A stretch of 60,939 bases of DNA, the filler included. It is 6 parts of 6 records of this genome, joined end to end, with 100 filler letters (N's around TTAATTAATTAA, not from the genome) between each part and the next. Parts side by side here need not be neighbours in the genome. Positions count along the whole stretch, not along the records: positions 21,165 to 38,135 come from SRR2962707_4237; positions 38,236 to 50,006 come from SRR2962707_4239; 4 more parts are not named here. One strand, written 5' to 3'. Within the stretch, counting starts at the first letter, position 1. Every line of letters begins with the position of its first letter. The notes under the pieces are model-generated. The model did no database searches and was not told the origin of the DNA. It worked only from the letters and a program-made list of their open reading frames with translations. The translations under genes were made by a program, and so were the position numbers. This document shows, one piece after another, positions 29,552 to 39,664 of this stretch.

Positions 29552-30253
29552 TTAGCGAGCGCGGGCTTCCGCCGACATTCCAATCTGATCCAGGTACGTT
29601 CGCAAAAGAACGATGCGTTGGGGCCGGAAACTGCGGTTGGTCACGACCAAGTCTTGCATCCGATCCAAACGGAAGGCCCGGAAATCGCTGCGCAAAGTGC
29701 AATAGGCCAACAAACAATGGCTGGCTTCAAAATGCACAATACTAAGCGGTTTTACCTCGCGTCGCGTTGGCGCGCCACTCTTGTCGCGATACCCAAAACC
29801 GACCTGGACCTCGTCCCAGGCGGCCCGGCGCAAGATGCGCGGGTCGACCGTGGGTTCCGGCAAGGCAGAAAACCTATGGGCACTCAGAACCGCATGCTGG
29901 AGGCGATGAGCTTGCCGCTGTGGCAGGCGTGAACGGAGTTTGGATAGCGCACTCTTGGCCGCTTCACGCAAAGCAGGATCACCCACTTGCCGGACTTCGC
30001 GCAGGCCAAGAACCAAGGCCTCTATCTCTTCATCGTCAAAGGCCAAAGGGGGAAGGCTGGCGTCTTCGATGAGTGTATAGCCAAAACCGGCAGCCCCTTC
30101 GATCACGGCGCCTAAGCTACGTAAGGACTCAATATCGCGATATAAGGTTCGGTCGGACACGCCGGTTTGAAATGCCAGCTGGGCCGCTGTGACAGGCGGT
30201 GGCAAACTGCGCAAAGCTTGCATGAGTTGAAACAGGCGGGCGGTTCTGGACAT
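29552..30253 (-). CDS. YafY-family HTH-WYL transcriptional regulator
   Basis: VSDRTLYRDI, GAAGFGY, LPPLAF, CTLRSDFRAFRLDR. Confidence 0.92.
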   Translation of the reverse strand: MSRTARLFQLMQALRSLPPPVTAAQLAFQTGVSDRTLYRDIESLRSLGAVIEGAAGFGYTLIEDASLPPLAFDDEEIEALVLGLREVRQVGDPALREAAKSALSKLRSRLPQRQAHRLQHAVLSAHRFSALPEPTVDPRILRRAAWDEVQVGFGYRDKSGAPTRREVKPLSIVHFEASHCLLAYCTLRSDFRAFRLDRMQDLVVTNRSFRPQRIVLLRTYLDQIGMSAEARAR

Positions 30254-30274
30254 GGCAAAGCTATAGTGTCACGT

Positions 30275-30293
30275 CCTGACAGAAACTGGCAAG
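30275..30293. promoter_or_regulatory. Putative operator of the WYL regulator
   Basis: Imperfect inverted repeat CTGACA-N5-TGGCAA about 22 nt upstream of its ATG. Confidence 0.45.
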
Positions 30294-30400
30294 AGGGAGA
30301 TGATCTCGGATTGGAAACCGGGCAGGGATCGCGAAGCAAGCGTCCAGTCGTTCAACCCGTCACCCCGTTTTAATGATGGCTGGCCAAAAGCAATCTTCGG

Positions 30401-30766
30401 TTACTCGTACTGAACAATTACGGCCTCGAAATCTGTGTCACTTGTGACAGCCGTGTGATGACCTTTTCCATGCTTGTCTTCCATATGCCACACATCGCCG
30501 GGGCCGATATCCCGGACCTGACCGTCGCTGGCTGTGACACGAACCGCTCCTGCCAAGCAAATCAGTTTTTGTGCAACGGGAGTCGGATGAATTGGCTCGT
30601 TCCATCCAACGGCAAGTTTCAGAAATAAGAGTTTTTCGACCGTTTCAGGCTCCGATATTTCAATCGCTTTGGCTGGGGGCGCGAAGGGCTTTTCTTGCAA
30701 CGTTACATTGACGTCTTCCCAATGGCTTTCACCTTCGGCATCGGAATAAAGCCTATGGAATTTCAC
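30401..30766 (-). CDS. Cupin-domain protein
   Basis: GGGAGG RBS, GTG start; LYSDAEGESHW, HPTP, EDKHGKGH. Confidence 0.8.
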   Translation of the reverse strand: MKFHRLYSDAEGESHWEDVNVTLQEKPFAPPAKAIEISEPETVEKLLFLKLAVGWNEPIHPTPVAQKLICLAGAVRVTASDGQVRDIGPGDVWHMEDKHGKGHHTAVTSDTDFEAVIVQYE

Positions 30767-30980
30767 GTCGCGCCCTCCCAATAAACGGACTTGGAAAAAA
30801 CATGCCTGAATAATCAGGGCCCTTTCCAGAGAGCTTACATAACACAGGCGGTTGAGGCTGAATAGCGATGGGACAGCCAACGCGGTTTAAACCCGAATAG
30901 CGCGCATTGCAGCACTTGCGTGGTTGTCTAAGTCCAGAGGTTTGGTTTGAGCGCAGGTTTGATGCGCCGACAGGCAGCTG

Positions 30981-33257
30981 CTATTTGCGCTGAACCCGTC
31001 GCCGTTTGACGCTAGTCTTGGCAGTTTTCCTCTTGGATTGGGAGGCTTTCCGCTTCGGCGATCCGCGGCCCGGTCCACTCCGACCAGAACGGCCGCCCCG
31101 TCCTTTGGGGAGTTCTTTGCCGTCCAGGGTCAACAGCTCCAGCCCAATCCCACCGGTGACTGGGACCGCTTCGGTCAACCTCACAGTCACGAGCTGGCCC
31201 AAACTGATGATGGTTCCCGTGTCAGCACCCATCAATGTCGCGGTGTCGCGGTCAAAATGAAAATACTCATGCCCAACGGCATGCATTGGCACCAGTCCAT
31301 CGGCCCCGGTTTCATCCAGTTTGATGAACAAGCCAAACTTCGCAATACCGCTGACACGACCGGTAAATTCAGCACCAACCCGATCAGATAAATAGGAGGC
31401 GAGATAGCGATCCGTTGTGTCCCGCTCTGCCATCATCGACCGGCGTTCCGTATCGGAAATATGGGTGGCAGTGGACTCTAGCTTTTCGATGTCGACAGGG
31501 GTCAGCCCATCTTTACCCCAGCCATGGGCGGAAATCAGAGCGCGGTGCACGATCAGATCACTGTAGCGTCGAATAGGTGAGGTGAAATGCGCATAGGACT
31601 TAAGCGCCAAACCAAAATGGCCAAAGTTCTCTGCATTGTAATAAGCTTGGGTCATGCTCCGCAGAGTTGCGATGTTGATCAGTTCGGCTTCATCTGTCCC
31701 AGCCGCATCATGTAGTAATTTATTCAAATGCGCGGTTTTGAGGACCTGACCTTTGCCAAGTGTTAACCCTGCAGCAGCAGCGGTTTCACGTAAGGAATCA
31801 AGTTTTTCGACCGGGGGTTCTTCGTGCACGCGAAACAGCAAAGGTGTTTGCTTTGCGATCAGGGTTTCGGCCGCAGCGACATTGGCCAAAATCATGAACT
31901 CTTCGATCAGCTTATGGGCATCCAGACGGTCCGTGAAATTCACCGAACGGACGGTGCCATCGTCATCCAAGATGATTTTCCGTTCCGGAAGGTCCAAATC
32001 CAGCGGCTGGCGGCGGTTCCGGGCGTCGCGCAGGGCATAGTAGGCGGCGTACAGCGGCTTGATCACATCGTCCAGAAAAGGTGCGACTTTTTCATTTGGG
32101 TTGCCGTCCATGGCCTCTTGAACTTCTCGATAGTTCAGAGATGCCGGAGAGCGCATCATACCGCGCACAAAGTGGTGAGAAACCTTGTTCCCATGGGCGT
32201 CGATCTTCATGCAGACAGCCAAACAGGCCCGGGGCACCCCTTCGTGTAGCGAGCACAGATCTCCTGAAAGCCGATCTGGCAGCATGGGCACAACCCGGTC
32301 CGGGAAATAGCTGGAATTCCCGCGTTTGCGTGCTTCTCGATCCAAAGCAGAGCCGGGGCTCACATAATGCGCCACATCGGCAATGGCGACCCAGACAATA
32401 TGGCCGCCGGGATTTTTCGGGTCATCATCCGCATGGGCATAACAGGCGTCGTCATGGTCTCGTGCGTCCGCTGGATCAATTGTGATCAACGGCATTTCAC
32501 GCATATCGTCCCGGCCTTGCAGCCCAACAGGTTTCATCGCGTCGGCTTCGGCAATGACCTCGTCCGGGAAGCTGTCGGGAATGCCGTGCTGGTGAATGGC
32601 AATCAGGGATACAGCGCGCGGCGCACTGGGATCCCCCAGTCGGGCGACAATTCGGGCTCTGGGTAAACCCATGCGGCCTTTTGGACCGGCTTGTTCCGCC
32701 TCAACCAATTCGCCTTCTTTGGCCCCGCCTGTCGCGCCTTCTTCTACGCGCCATTCTTTGTCCGCGCCTTTGTCGATGGGCAGAATGCGCCCGCCTTCAG
32801 AGTTTTTCCGGAAAATTCCAACAATCTTTAGCGGGTTCACACCGATGCGCCGGATAAGGCGGGCTTCGTAATTGTGGTCTTCTTCATGCACGACGGTCAG
32901 GCGCGCCAGAATCCGGTCACCTTCGCCAAGCGCGGGGTCAGACGCGCGCGGAATGACCAGAACCGTAGGTTCGACACCTTCGCCGTGCCATTCCAGCGGC
33001 TTGGCAAAGAGATCGCCATCTGGCGTTGGCGTTTTGATCTGCAAGACACTCACAGGGGGGAGCCGATCCGGATCGCGATAGGTTTTGCTGCGCTTCGCCA
33101 GATGACCCTCTTGCTCAAGTTCTTTGAGCATGCGTTTCAGGTCGATGCGGGCGGCACCTTTGATGCCAAAAGCTTTGGCAATATCGCGTTTCGCGGCGAG
33201 GGTCGGGTTGGCGGAGATCCAATCGAGGATTTCGGCCTTGGTCGGCAGTTTGCTCAT
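30981..33257 (-). CDS. rnr: Ribonuclease R
   Basis: TIDPADARDHDDA, HFTSPIRRYSDLIVHR, S1 domain, basic tail. Confidence 0.97.
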   Translation of the reverse strand: MSKLPTKAEILDWISANPTLAAKRDIAKAFGIKGAARIDLKRMLKELEQEGHLAKRSKTYRDPDRLPPVSVLQIKTPTPDGDLFAKPLEWHGEGVEPTVLVIPRASDPALGEGDRILARLTVVHEEDHNYEARLIRRIGVNPLKIVGIFRKNSEGGRILPIDKGADKEWRVEEGATGGAKEGELVEAEQAGPKGRMGLPRARIVARLGDPSAPRAVSLIAIHQHGIPDSFPDEVIAEADAMKPVGLQGRDDMREMPLITIDPADARDHDDACYAHADDDPKNPGGHIVWVAIADVAHYVSPGSALDREARKRGNSSYFPDRVVPMLPDRLSGDLCSLHEGVPRACLAVCMKIDAHGNKVSHHFVRGMMRSPASLNYREVQEAMDGNPNEKVAPFLDDVIKPLYAAYYALRDARNRRQPLDLDLPERKIILDDDGTVRSVNFTDRLDAHKLIEEFMILANVAAAETLIAKQTPLLFRVHEEPPVEKLDSLRETAAAAGLTLGKGQVLKTAHLNKLLHDAAGTDEAELINIATLRSMTQAYYNAENFGHFGLALKSYAHFTSPIRRYSDLIVHRALISAHGWGKDGLTPVDIEKLESTATHISDTERRSMMAERDTTDRYLASYLSDRVGAEFTGRVSGIAKFGLFIKLDETGADGLVPMHAVGHEYFHFDRDTATLMGADTGTIISLGQLVTVRLTEAVPVTGGIGLELLTLDGKELPKGRGGRSGRSGPGRGSPKRKASQSKRKTAKTSVKRRRVQRK

Positions 33258-33374
33258 GTGGCTTGCGTATCACGATGCAAGTACAGCGTCATGTGGATTC
33301 GCCAAGCGGTGCGCGCTATCGCGTGCGCTTCTCGTCTCGTTGGTGGCCATTGGCCACCATCTCGGAATGGGACG

Positions 33375-33956
33375 TTACGTTAAGGGCAGATCTTTGACAG
33401 TGTCGACGTCGCGAAGCGTGTCGATCAAGGCGATACGGCGATTCGGCAAAGTGGCGATACTGTCGGCCAATGCATGTTCGCTGGACCACCGTGCCCCGGC
33501 GAAGAGACCGAACGGGGCAGGGGACGTCCGCTTCAGGCCAACAAGCCAGAATCCTCCATCCGGCGCGGGACCAAAGACGGCATCGTTCTGGCCAAGTGCC
33601 CGAAATGCCCGCTGGATATGGGCCGGAGTAATGCCAGGAATGTCCCCGCCGATGATACACAAAGGACCGGTGTTGCACTGGCGTAAAAGGCGGCCCATCC
33701 TTTGACCCAAATCGCCCCGACCTTGCGGGACACGTGGCAGGTGCGCGGGCCATGTGCGGCTGGTTAAGCCCTCCTTGTCTGGCGCCACGGCAAGCGTTAG
33801 GTGCCAACGCGGATCGTCAAGTCGCCGCAGCAAGCTTTGGGTTTGGTGCCGAAACCACCAGGCCGCCGACGTCATGCCGATTTCGGCCCCCAACCGGGTT
33901 TTGACCCGCCCGGCACGCGGTTCTTTCAGCATCACCACCAAAGTTGGCCGCTTCAC
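33375..33956 (-). CDS. DUF2064/TIGR04282-like nucleotidyl/glycosyltransferase
   Basis: KEPRAGRVKTRL, QGRGDLGQRM, IGGDIP, GPAPDGGFW, DVDT. Confidence 0.85.
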   Translation of the reverse strand: MKRPTLVVMLKEPRAGRVKTRLGAEIGMTSAAWWFRHQTQSLLRRLDDPRWHLTLAVAPDKEGLTSRTWPAHLPRVPQGRGDLGQRMGRLLRQCNTGPLCIIGGDIPGITPAHIQRAFRALGQNDAVFGPAPDGGFWLVGLKRTSPAPFGLFAGARWSSEHALADSIATLPNRRIALIDTLRDVDTVKDLPLT

Positions 33957-34375
33957 AGCGCGCGTGCCATGTCTTGGTGCGGTATTCCAGCGTCGTCATA
34001 TTCGCCGCTGCATACAGAAAAGCCGAGCTTATGGTAAAAACCGGTGGCATGGACCTGTGCGCTGAGTTGGACGCGAGACAAGGCAGGATCTTTGGCGAGC
34101 TGGTCGATCCCCGCCGACACCAAGGCAGCCCCCAACCCGGTGCCGCGCGCTGATTTTAAAACGCAAATGCGGCCAATTTTTCCGGTGTCGTTAGATTTCA
34201 ACAGACGCGCTGTTCCGACGGGAATACCGTCTAGCGTGGCCAACAGGTGAATAGCCTGACCATCCAGGTCGTCCCACTCATCGGGTTCTGGAATCCCTTG
34301 TTCTTCGATGAATACGGCGCGACGCAGCCTGTGGCAAACAGCAAGGTCTTGGGTTTCTGAAATCTCAGGTGTCAT
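33953..34375 (-). CDS. GNAT acetyltransferase (ElaA/YjcF-like)
   Basis: [28 protein letters not shown]. Confidence 0.9.
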   Translation of the reverse strand: MTPEISETQDLAVCHRLRRAVFIEEQGIPEPDEWDDLDGQAIHLLATLDGIPVGTARLLKSNDTGKIGRICVLKSARGTGLGAALVSAGIDQLAKDPALSRVQLSAQVHATGFYHKLGFSVCSGEYDDAGIPHQDMARAL

Positions 34376-35517
34376 GCGAAATAGTCAGACAGAATTCGGG
34401 TGTAGATAGTCTTGAGCTGCTGAATTTGTTCAACGTCGACGCGCTCATCCACCTGATGCATGGTTTTCCCGACAAGGCCGAACTCGACCACGGGGCAGTG
34501 GTTTTTCACAAAGCGGGCATCTGATGTCCCGCCCGTCGTCGACAGCACTGGGGTCACGCCAGTTTCCGCTTCGACGGATTTGGCAACCAAGGCGGAGAGC
34601 TCACCCGGAGGGGTGAGAAAGCTCTCACCGGAAATCTTGATTTTCGCCTCGGTTTTTGTGCCAAAGACGTCGTCAACTTTTGCCATTTCGGTACGGAGCC
34701 AATCGCTGAGCCCGGCCCCGGTATGGGCGTCGTTAAAGCGAATATTCACGGTTGCCTGACATTGGGCAGGAATAACATTTGTGGCAGGATTACCCGTGTC
34801 TACCGTGACCACAGCCAAAGTCGAGGCATCAAAATGCTCTGTTCCTTCGTCAAGCGTATGACTTGCCAATTGATCCATAAGCCGGACCATCGCAGGCAAG
34901 GGATTTAACGCGCGATGTGGGTAGGCCGAATGGCCCTGTTTCCCTGTGACGGTGAACCATGCGGTGAGTGACCCGCGCCGCCCGATCTTGATCATCTCGC
35001 CCATCTTTTCGGGGCAAGTTGGTTCGCCAACCAGACAATGGCTCATCTTTTCGCCGGTTTCGTCCATCCAATCGAGCAACGCCGTTGTGCCGTCAATTGC
35101 ATCGCCTTCCTCGTCGCCGGTAATCGTCAAAATAACGGCGCCATCGGGCGGAGTCTGTTGAACAAAATCAATGGCTGCCGCCGCAAAAGCGGCCACGCCC
35201 GACTTCATGTCTGTTGTGCCGCGGCCGTACATAAACCCATCTTTTTGATCCGCACCAAATGGGTCCATTGTCCAGTCATCTGGGTTGCCTAAAGGAACGA
35301 CGTCTGTATGTCCGTTGAACCCAAATGTGCGTGCATGCGCCTTGTCGCCCCAACGCGCGAATAGATTGGAAACATCGCCACGGTCGACTCTTGTGCAGAC
35401 AAACCCTGCTTCGGTTAGCAGGGTTTCCAATAGCACCAAGGCACCGCCTTCTGCCGGTGTGACAGACGGGCATTGGACGAGCTGCGCTGTCAGCGCGACA
35501 GGATCAATTTTGTTCAT
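34372..35517 (-). CDS. dapE: Succinyl-diaminopimelate desuccinylase
   Basis: [35 protein letters not shown]. Confidence 0.96.
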   Translation of the reverse strand: MNKIDPVALTAQLVQCPSVTPAEGGALVLLETLLTEAGFVCTRVDRGDVSNLFARWGDKAHARTFGFNGHTDVVPLGNPDDWTMDPFGADQKDGFMYGRGTTDMKSGVAAFAAAAIDFVQQTPPDGAVILTITGDEEGDAIDGTTALLDWMDETGEKMSHCLVGEPTCPEKMGEMIKIGRRGSLTAWFTVTGKQGHSAYPHRALNPLPAMVRLMDQLASHTLDEGTEHFDASTLAVVTVDTGNPATNVIPAQCQATVNIRFNDAHTGAGLSDWLRTEMAKVDDVFGTKTEAKIKISGESFLTPPGELSALVAKSVEAETGVTPVLSTTGGTSDARFVKNHCPVVEFGLVGKTMHQVDERVDVEQIQQLKTIYTRILSDYFA

Positions 35518-35865
35518 TTAGGCCTCGGGTGTTTTTGTCATATCGTCGTAAAACGGTGTCACCTGCGCGACAATGACAGAGTTTTCTTCCAGCGCACGGG
35601 ACATCAGCTCGATCTCATCTTCCGCCAGTTCGTGGCCCTGCTCGATACGTTCTTCCTGAGTGCCGTATCCGGTGACATCCAAAGGCGCCATATCGGCCTG
35701 TTTGAGGATTGCGACGGTCTCGCGGACCGCCTCTGCTTCATCAATTCCGCTAGCGAAACACATGAGCGCAGCGCCAGTTGCTTTGTCTGGTAGACCGTCG
35801 CCCGTTTTGCGGCCAACCTGCACGAGAAGTGTGTAAACCTTCTGCTGAGACGTTTTGCGGGTCAT
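35518..35865 (-). CDS. Conserved hypothetical protein
   Basis: Abuts the dapE start; globular acidic composition. Confidence 0.7.
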   Translation of the reverse strand: MTRKTSQQKVYTLLVQVGRKTGDGLPDKATGAALMCFASGIDEAEAVRETVAILKQADMAPLDVTGYGTQEERIEQGHELAEDEIELMSRALEENSVIVAQVTPFYDDMTKTPEA

Positions 35866-35949
35866 TTGACATGGATTCCTTGGGATTTTCGTTGCGCCCT
35901 GTTTGTCAGACCCATAAGGAAAGTTCCAGTACAACCATGTGAGCGAAAG

Positions 35950-37014
35950 ATGATCAGAATAGCTGCATTACGGATGCTGGCCCTTTTAATTGCTCTGATT
36001 GCGCCGACTTTGGCGTTTTCTCAATCTGATCCTTTGACTTTTGCGACAATAGAACGCCCTCCGTTTGCCTTTCAAAGAGACAACGAAGTGGTTGGGTTCA
36101 GTATCGAATTGATGCAGGCGATCAGTGACGAAATTGGTCGCGACGTAGAATTTGTGATGACCGATGCTTTTAGCGACATGCTTGGCCGGGTCTCTGCATC
36201 AGAGGTTGATGGGGCCGTCGCCAACATCTCGATTACCGCGGATCGGGAAAGGGTCATGGACTTTTCGCTGCCCTTCTTTGAAAGCGGGCTTCAGATCATG
36301 GTCACAGGAGATATGGATGAGGTCAGCATATTCTCTGCCGTTTTGACCAAAGACATTCTGATTGCTCTTTTATGGGCGGCGGTGGCTTTGTTCAGTGTCG
36401 GCATGCTGATGTGGGTCTTTGAGCGCAAGAAACAGCCCTATTTTGATCGGCCCATCAAAGAAGCCATGTTCCCCTCTTTTTGGTGGGCACTGAATTTGGT
36501 GGTCAACGGTGGTTTCGAAGAACGCATGCCGCGCTCTGGCCTAGGCAGGCTATTTTCTGTTGTTCTTGTGGTTTCAAGTTTGTTTGTGGTGTCAATTTTT
36601 GTTGCTCAAGTGACGTCCGCGTTAACAGTCGGGGCGTTGACCAGCAGAATTGAGTCGATAAATGATTTGGATCGAAACGAAGTCGCGACGACAGATGGGT
36701 CGACCGCCAGCGCGTTTTTGACTGCACGTGATGTGCGACATCGCACTGTTGAGAACTTCGGAGAAATGATTAGCGCGATGGATGTCGGCGAAGTTGACGC
36801 TGTATTCTTTGATGGGCCGTTGCTGCGTTACCATCTTCAGAAAAACCCGGACAAAGACGCTCATATAGTGAACCGAGTTTTCAAGGCCGAGAATTATGGC
36901 ATCGCTTTGCCTACGGCCAGTCCGCTGCGAGAGCCAATCAACCAAGCGCTTCTCAAGATCCAGGAATCTGGGGGCTACGGCAAAATCTACAGTAAATGGT
37001 TCGGTGAAAACTGA
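35950..37014 (+). CDS. GluR0-like ligand-gated ion channel (split solute-binding domain plus 2TM pore)
   Basis: Signal peptide; S1 (RPPFA, ISITADRERVMDFS); M1; pore FWWALNLVVNGGFEERMP; M2; S2 (GSTA, DGPLLRY, YGIALP). Confidence 0.82.
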   Translation: MIRIAALRMLALLIALIAPTLAFSQSDPLTFATIERPPFAFQRDNEVVGFSIELMQAISDEIGRDVEFVMTDAFSDMLGRVSASEVDGAVANISITADRERVMDFSLPFFESGLQIMVTGDMDEVSIFSAVLTKDILIALLWAAVALFSVGMLMWVFERKKQPYFDRPIKEAMFPSFWWALNLVVNGGFEERMPRSGLGRLFSVVLVVSSLFVVSIFVAQVTSALTVGALTSRIESINDLDRNEVATTDGSTASAFLTARDVRHRTVENFGEMISAMDVGEVDAVFFDGPLLRYHLQKNPDKDAHIVNRVFKAENYGIALPTASPLREPINQALLKIQESGGYGKIYSKWFGEN

Positions 37015-37018
37015 GCGA

Positions 37019-37042
37019 TCTGGCTGGTTTGATCCGGCCAGA
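37019..37042. terminator. Hairpin between convergent genes
   Basis: TCTGGCTGG-N6-CCGGCCAGA. Confidence 0.5.
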
Positions 37043-37074
37043 CCGTTTCAATAATCATAACGATGTTTCTGTTT

Positions 37075-37359
37075 TTAGGATCCGGCAAACACCGTTCCGG
37101 CGCTACGGGATGACATCGTCATTGGGAGCTCATTTGCTGCCTTGGCGCGGATTTCAGCAATTCGTTCATGCGCCGCCTCGGCCGCCCTTTCGTCGGGATA
37201 TTCGGTGACAACGCTAAAGGTCATCTCACCGGTTCGGATCATTTGAACCCGCGCTGCTCCGGTGGCCATAATCAACGGTGCAAATGTGTTCTGAGCCAAC
37301 GCAACGAGGTCATCATTCCATTCCGTGGTTTCCCAGTTTGATATCGTGCAATACCCCAT
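37075..37359 (-). CDS. Small hypothetical protein (possibly dimeric alpha-beta barrel/ABM-like)
   Basis: GGAGGG RBS before MGYCT; 94 aa. Confidence 0.65.
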   Translation of the reverse strand: MGYCTISNWETTEWNDDLVALAQNTFAPLIMATGAARVQMIRTGEMTFSVVTEYPDERAAEAAHERIAEIRAKAANELPMTMSSRSAGTVFAGS

Positions 37360-37573
37360 AATTCTTCCCTCCATCGCAGACCTGAATGGCCTTACAAATG
37401 AAAAGCGTCTCATGTCGCACGGTGGTCTCAAAGGAAATTTTGTCTGACATTCACTCGGTGCGGTGTAAGCATCAGATTCCATTGTGATTAAATTTTGATC
37501 ATTGCCTGCGAAAAAGGGCAGCGCAAAACGCCGCCCTCTCGAAAATTTCCTTCAACAGTTACCTGTTCGAGAA

Positions 37574-38135
37574 TCAGTCGCGTAAAAGGTCGTTGATCCC
37601 TGTTTTCGAACGGGTCCGTGCGTCGACGCGTTTCACGATAACGGCGCAATATAGATTGATGCCGTTTTTCGATGGCATGGAGCCCGCCACAACAACCGAA
37701 TATGGTGGCACTTCGCCATACATGATTTCACCGGTTTCGCGGTCAACGATCTTTGTCGACTGACCAATGAAAACGCCCATGCCAAGGACAGAGCCTTCGC
37801 GAACAATACAGCCTTCAACCACTTCGGAACGTGCGCCAATAAAGCAATTGTCTTCGATGATTGTCGGGCCAGCCTGCATGGGTTCTAGAACACCACCGAT
37901 ACCGACGCCTCCGGACAAGTGCACGTTCTTACCGATCTGTGCGCAGCTTCCAACAGTTGCCCAGGTGTCGACCATTGTGCCTTCGTCAACATAGGCCCCG
38001 AGGTTCACAAAGGAAGGCATCAATACAACGCCCGGCGCGATAAAGGCCGATTTGCGAACGACACAGTTTGGAACAGCGCGGAAGCCTGCCGACTTCCAGT
38101 CAGCTTCGCCCCAGCCTTTGAATTTGCTGTCGACC
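37574..38135 (-). CDS. dapD: Tetrahydrodipicolinate N-succinyltransferase, 5'-truncated
   Basis: [37 protein letters not shown]. Confidence 0.96.
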
Positions 38136-38235
38136 NNNNNNNNNNNNNNNNNNNNNNNNNNNNNNNNNNNNNNNNNNNNTTAATTAATTAANNNNNNNNN
38201 NNNNNNNNNNNNNNNNNNNNNNNNNNNNNNNNNNN
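38136..38235. other. Artificial contig spacer
   Basis: N-run with TTAATTAATTAA. Confidence 0.99.
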
Positions 38236-38236
38236 G

Positions 38237-38593
38237 GCCCGCAATTACGGGCGCATCGTCAATATCGCCTCGATTGCCGGCAAGGAGGGCAATCCGACCG
38301 CCTCGGCCTATTCGGCGGCCAAGGCGGGCGTCATCGGCCTGACCAAATCGCTGGGCAAGGAACTGGCCAGCTTCGATATCGCGGTCAACGCCATCACCCC
38401 GGCGACGGCCAAGACGCGCATTCTCGAGAGCCTGTCCGAGGAGTTCATCACCTACATGCTGTCGCGCATTCCGCGCGGGCGATTCCTCGAGGTGGAAGAG
38501 GCCGCGTCCATGGTGGCCTGGCTGGTGAGCCGCGAAAACAGCTTTACCACCGCAAGCGTCTTCGACCTTTCGGGCGGACGCGCCACCTATTGA
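38237..38593 (+). CDS. SDR oxidoreductase, 5'-truncated (not in ORF track)
   Basis: Manual translation: GRIVNIASIAGKEGNPTASAYSAAKAG (YxxxK)...FDLSGGRATY*. Confidence 0.92.
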   Translation, partial: ARNYGRIVNIASIAGKEGNPTASAYSAAKAGVIGLTKSLGKELASFDIAVNAITPATAKTRILESLSEEFITYMLSRIPRGRFLEVEEAASMVAWLVSRENSFTTASVFDLSGGRATY

Positions 38594-39549
38594 TGCTGGG
38601 CGGTAGCGGCAGGGCATTCCACGCCATCGCCACTCCAGTCGATTTCGACGGTAGCGTGACCGATATCGTGCTGCTGCGCGAGGCGCGCCTTCACTTCCCT
38701 GCTGACGACTGCCGGATCGGCGCCGGGGGCCAGGGCAATGTCCAGCGTTGCCATGGTCTGGCCTGAGGACAGCGACCAGACATGAAAGTGCCCGACATCG
38801 GCCAGTCCCGGCACGGCGCTGCGCAGATCTGATTGCAGCGCCTCGATGTCGATACCGTCGGGCGCGCCTTCCATGAGAATGTTGAAGGTGCGGGTCAGCA
38901 GCGCCCAGGCGCTTCGGAGGATCAGCAGGCTCACCACGAGCGACAGGATCGGGTCGATCGGCATCCAGCCGGTCAGCCAGATGATGACGGCTGCGGCAAT
39001 GGCGCCGACCGAGCCGAGCAGATCGCCCAGTACATGGAGCAAGGCGCCCTTGATGTTGACGTGATCGGCATCGGCGCCGGAGAGAATGCGGAACACGACC
39101 AGATTGACGATGAGCCCGAGCACGGCGACGACAAACATCGGGCCGGCCAGCACCTCCTCGGGCGCAAGGAAGCGTTGCACGGCCTCATAGGCAATCCAGC
39201 CGACCAGCGCGAACAGCGAGAGCGCATTGATGAGGCCCGCCAGCACCTCCAGCCGCGAATAGCCAAAGCTGCGGCGGGTGTCGGCAGGGCGGCGGCCAAG
39301 CCGGAAGCCGAGCCAGGCCAGGAACAGTGCGACGGTGTCGGTCAGCATGTGACCGGCATCGGCAATCAGCGCCAGCGAGCCGGAAAGATAGCCGCCGACC
39401 ACCTCGGCCACCATGAAACCGCCGGTGAGGCAGAGGCCAATCAGCACGGCCCGTTCATTGCCCGCGCTCACCTTGGGGGCGTGGCTGTGCCCGGCATGGT
39501 CCTGGCCGGTGTGATCGTGGTGGTTATGGCTGTGCTGGTGTTCGGGCAC
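38587..39549 (-). CDS. czcD: Cation diffusion facilitator (CzcD/ZitB-like)
   Basis: His-rich N-terminus, SLALIADAGHMLTD, LHVLGDLLGS, HVWSL; GGAG RBS plus GTG. Confidence 0.92.
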   Translation of the reverse strand: MPEHQHSHNHHDHTGQDHAGHSHAPKVSAGNERAVLIGLCLTGGFMVAEVVGGYLSGSLALIADAGHMLTDTVALFLAWLGFRLGRRPADTRRSFGYSRLEVLAGLINALSLFALVGWIAYEAVQRFLAPEEVLAGPMFVVAVLGLIVNLVVFRILSGADADHVNIKGALLHVLGDLLGSVGAIAAAVIIWLTGWMPIDPILSLVVSLLILRSAWALLTRTFNILMEGAPDGIDIEALQSDLRSAVPGLADVGHFHVWSLSSGQTMATLDIALAPGADPAVVSREVKARLAQQHDIGHATVEIDWSGDGVECPAATAQHQ

Positions 39550-39562
39550 CCGGTTTCTCCGT

Positions 39563-39604
39563 TTGACATACATATGAACATACATTCATGTGTTGCTATG
39601 TCAA
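39563..39604. promoter_or_regulatory. SmtB/CzrA-type operator and czcD promoter
   Basis: ACATATGAA-N6-TTCATGTGT nested inside TTGACATA...TATGTCAA. Confidence 0.78.
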
Positions 39605-39664
39605 CATGCTCCTCTCTGCCAACGAGGCGCGCAAGTGGAGGTTCCGGCGGTTTAGGGCAGGCGC

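Noticed and set aside
29552..30253. WYL protein as a marker of an anti-phage defence island
   Set aside because: YafY-type stand-alone regulator among housekeeping genes; no defence genes nearby
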